Positions 62,401 through 64,000 of a DNA stretch of 64,000 nucleotides are shown one piece after another (position 1 is the first letter of the stretch; each line of letters opens with the position of its first letter). Where the stretch lies: the IMG/VR virus record IMGVR_UViG_2687453376_000003; one strand, written 5' to 3'. The translations under genes were made by a program, and so were the position numbers. This DNA is from an uncultured virus (IMG/VR IMGVR_UViG_2687453376_000003) (taxonomy: Duplodnaviria; Heunggongvirae; Uroviricota; Caudoviricetes). The notes beneath the pieces are model-generated. The model did no database searches, was not told the origin of the DNA, and saw nothing but the letters and a program-made list of their open reading frames with translations.

Positions 62401-64000
62401 CACCGGCTAAGCCTAGGTTAGTATTAGCCGCGACAATATCGGCTTGATGGGCTGCCAGCTGCTGGCGGTTCGCTTCCAGCGTTACGCCGGTGACCTGATC
62501 AAACTGCTGCTGACCATCAAGACGCCCTTGTACTGATGCGACTTCTGCCGCGGCGGCTGTGATGCCATCATGATTTTTCTGGATGGCGGCCCCGGCTAAG
62601 CCTAGGTTAGTATTGACCGCGCCGATCTCAGCTTGATGGGCGGCCAACTGCTGACGGTTCGCCTCCAGTGTTACGCCGGTGACCTGATCAAACTGCTGTT
62701 GCCGATCAAGACGCCCTTTTACTGATGCGACTTCTGCCGCGGTGGCTGTGATGCCATCATGATTTTGCTGGATGGCGGCACCGGCTAAGCCTAGGTTAGT
62801 ATTAGCCGCGCCAATCTCAGCTTGATGGGCTGCCAGCTGCTGGCTGTTCGCTTCCAGCGTTACGCCGGTTAACTGATCGAACTGCTGTTGCCGATCAAGA
62901 CGCCCTTGTACTGATGCGACTGCTGCCGCGGCGGCTGTGATGCCATCATGATTTTGCTGGATGGCGGCACCGGCTAAGCCTAGGTTAGTATTAGCCGCGA
63001 CAATATCGGCTTGATGGGCTGCCAGCTGCTGGCGGTTCGCCTCCAGCGTCACGCCGGTGACCTGATCAAACTGCTGTTGTCGATCAAGACGCCCTTTTAC
63101 TGATGCGACTTCTGCCGCGGTGGCTGTGATGCCATCATGATTTTGCTGGATGGCGGCACCGGCTAAGCCTAGGTTAGTATTGACCGCGCCGATCTCAGCT
63201 TGATGGGCGGCCAACTGCTGACGGTTCGCCTCCAGTGTTACGCCGGTGACCTGATCAAACTGCTGTTGCCGATCAAGACGCCCTTTTACTGATGCGACTT
63301 CTGCCGCGGTGGCTGTGATGCCATCATGATTTTGCTGGATGGCGGCACCGGCTAAGCCTAGGTTAGTATTAGCCGCGCCAATCTCAGCTTGATGGGCTGC
63401 CAGCTGCTGGCTGTTCGCTTCCAGCGTTACGCCGGTTAACTGATCGAACTGCTGTTGCCGATCAAGACGCCCTTGTACTGATGCGACTGCTGCCGCGGCG
63501 GCTGTGATACCATCATGATTTTGCTGGATGGCGGCACCGGCTAAGCCTAGGTTAGTATTAGCCGCGACAATATCGGCTTGATGGGCTGCCAGCTGCTGGC
63601 GGTTCGCCTCCAGCGTCACGCCGGTGACCTGATCAAACTGCTGTTGTCGATCAAGACGCCCTTTTACTGATGCGACTTCTGCCGCGGTGGCTGTGATGCC
63701 ATCATGATTTTGCTGGATGGCGGCACCGGCTAAGCCTAGGTTAGTATTAGTCGCGACAATATCGGCTTGATGGGCTGCCAGCTGCTGGCGGTTCGCTTCC
63801 AGCGTTACGCCGGTTAACTGATCGAACTGCTGCTGACCATCAAGACGTCCCTTGATCGTTACGATTTCTGTATTTGCCGCCGTAAGCCTATTATGGTTCC
63901 GTTTAATGGCAGCACCAGCCGCCACCAAATTTATATCGATAGAGCGAATAACATTATTAGCAACATCTTTAATAGCGCTAGCTATTAATGTAGGTTCTGT
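59465..64000 (-). CDS. Giant trimeric autotransporter adhesin (YadA-type anchor); 5' end outside the window
   Basis: C-terminal RGIAGVAAMTNIP...GIGYGYY..QNAFAVG...VGAGASYSFK anchor; heptad-repeat stalk; frame stays open to position 64000. Confidence 0.93.
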   Translation of the reverse strand, partial: TEPTLIASAIKDVANNVIRSIDINLVAAGAAIKRNHNRLTAANTEIVTIKGRLDGQQQFDQLTGVTLEANRQQLAAHQADIVATNTNLGLAGAAIQQNHDGITATAAEVASVKGRLDRQQQFDQVTGVTLEANRQQLAAHQADIVAANTNLGLAGAAIQQNHDGITAAAAAVASVQGRLDRQQQFDQLTGVTLEANSQQLAAHQAEIGAANTNLGLAGAAIQQNHDGITATAAEVASVKGRLDRQQQFDQVTGVTLEANRQQLAAHQAEIGAVNTNLGLAGAAIQQNHDGITATAAEVASVKGRLDRQQQFDQVTGVTLEANRQQLAAHQADIVAANTNLGLAGAAIQQNHDGITAAAAAVASVQGRLDRQQQFDQLTGVTLEANSQQLAAHQAEIGAANTNLGLAGAAIQQNHDGITATAAEVASVKGRLDRQQQFDQVTGVTLEANRQQLAAHQAEIGAVNTNLGLAGAAIQKNHDGITAAAAEVASVQGRLDGQQQFDQVTGVTLEANRQQLAAHQADIVAANTNLGLAGAAIQQNHDGITAAAAAVASVQGRLDRQQQFDQVTGVTLEANRQQLVAHQADIVAANTNLGLAGAAIQQNHDGITAAAAEVASVKGRLDRQQQFDQVTGVTLEANRQQLAAHQADIVAANTNLGLAGAAIQQNHDGITAAAAEVASVKGRLDRQQQFDQVTGVTLEANRQQLAAHQAEIGAANTNLGLAGAAIQQNHDGITATAAEVASVKGRLDRQQQFDQVTGVTLEANRQQLAAHQAEIGAVNTNLGLAGAAIQKNHDGITAAAAEVASVQGRLDGQQQFDQVTGVTLEANRQQLAAHQADIVAANTNLGLAGAAIQQNHDGITAAAAAVASVQGRLDRQQQFDQVTGVTLEANRQQLVAHQADIVAANTNLGLAGAAIQQNHDGITAAAAEVASVKGRLDRQQQFDQVTGVTLEANRQQLAAHQADIVAANTNLGLAGAAIQQNHDGITAAAAEVASVKGRLDRQQQFDQVTGVTLEANRQQLAAHQAEIGAANTNLGLAGAAIQQNHDGITATAAEVASVKGRLDRQQQFDQVTGVTLEANRQQLAAHQAEIGAVNTNLGLAGAAIQKNHDGITAAAAEVASVQGRLDGQQQFDQVTGVTLEANRQQLAAHQADIVAANTNLGLAGAAIQQNHDGITAAAAAVASVQGRLDRQQQFDQVTGVTLEANRQQLVAHQADIVAANTNLGLAGAAIQQNHDGITAAAAEVASVKGRLDRQQQFDQVTGVTLEANRQQLAAHQADIVAANTNLGLAGAAIQQNHDGITAAAAEVASVKGRLDRQQQFDQVTGVTLEANRQQLAAHQAGIATANTHLAVAGTAIKQNHDGLTAANTDIATVKGRLDGQQQFDQLAGVTLEANRRKLDELNARVNTSDSKIDYLQEWQGMANNRINDLERATTENRKVSSRGIAGVAAMTNIPTPMDGGFALGIGYGYYDNQNAFAVGASKYFESGVAIKGGVSLTGKYAVVGAGASYSFK
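59849..63835 (-). repeat. 189-bp (63-aa, 9-heptad) tandem repeat, 21 full periods
   Basis: QQQFDQ motif recurs 22 times; first-to-last distance 3969 bp = 21 x 189. Confidence 0.95.

Larger units (their letters stand above)
45637..64000. mobile_element. Degenerate HP1/186/P2-type prophage or island (right end outside the window)
   Basis: P2-family int, repressor/cox switch, gpA replicase, ogr and portal remnants; no intact structural genes in view. Confidence 0.85.

Noticed and set aside
59849..63835. Non-coding repeat array or CRISPR
   Set aside because: Unit length is a multiple of 3, the frame is open throughout and variation is largely synonymous or conservative; it is the adhesin stalk.

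Overview
Two tandem prophage-derived elements sit at an enterobacterial tRNA-Leu(UAA, leuZ-type) locus. Only 3' halves of the tRNA are in view (399-455 and 45582-45636, minus strand), so the intact gene should lie beyond the right edge. (1) A ~45.3 kb lambdoid prophage (329-45636) is bounded by a perfect 125-bp direct repeat. It has lambda-like head, cos, lysis, Q, O/P and cI/cro modules, a Mu-like contractile tail and a tyrosine integrase. Its AT-rich cargo comprises an O-acyltransferase, an NYN/PIN nuclease behind a structured terminated leader RNA, BrnTA, a C4-type antisense RNA controlling a rha gene, a 1037-aa membrane protein upstream of an apparent N remnant, a P-loop ATPase, and GhoS-like and SLATT-like genes. 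(2) A degenerate HP1/186/P2-type element (45637 to beyond 64000) carries int, repressor, cox and rolling-circle repA, RnlAB and Sir2-HerA defence systems, ogr and portal remnants, and a giant trimeric autotransporter with 21 x 63-aa repeats where structural genes would be. A hok-type toxin gene lies at the left edge. The best candidates for something undescribed are the promoter-RNA hairpin-terminator-NYN module (type III TA-like), a 13-residue motif shared by the element-2 repressor C-terminus and the N-terminus of a membrane-anchored neighbour (amyloid-signalling-like layout), and the 1037-aa protein/ATPase cargo. All family assignments come from motif recognition by eye; no database search was run.
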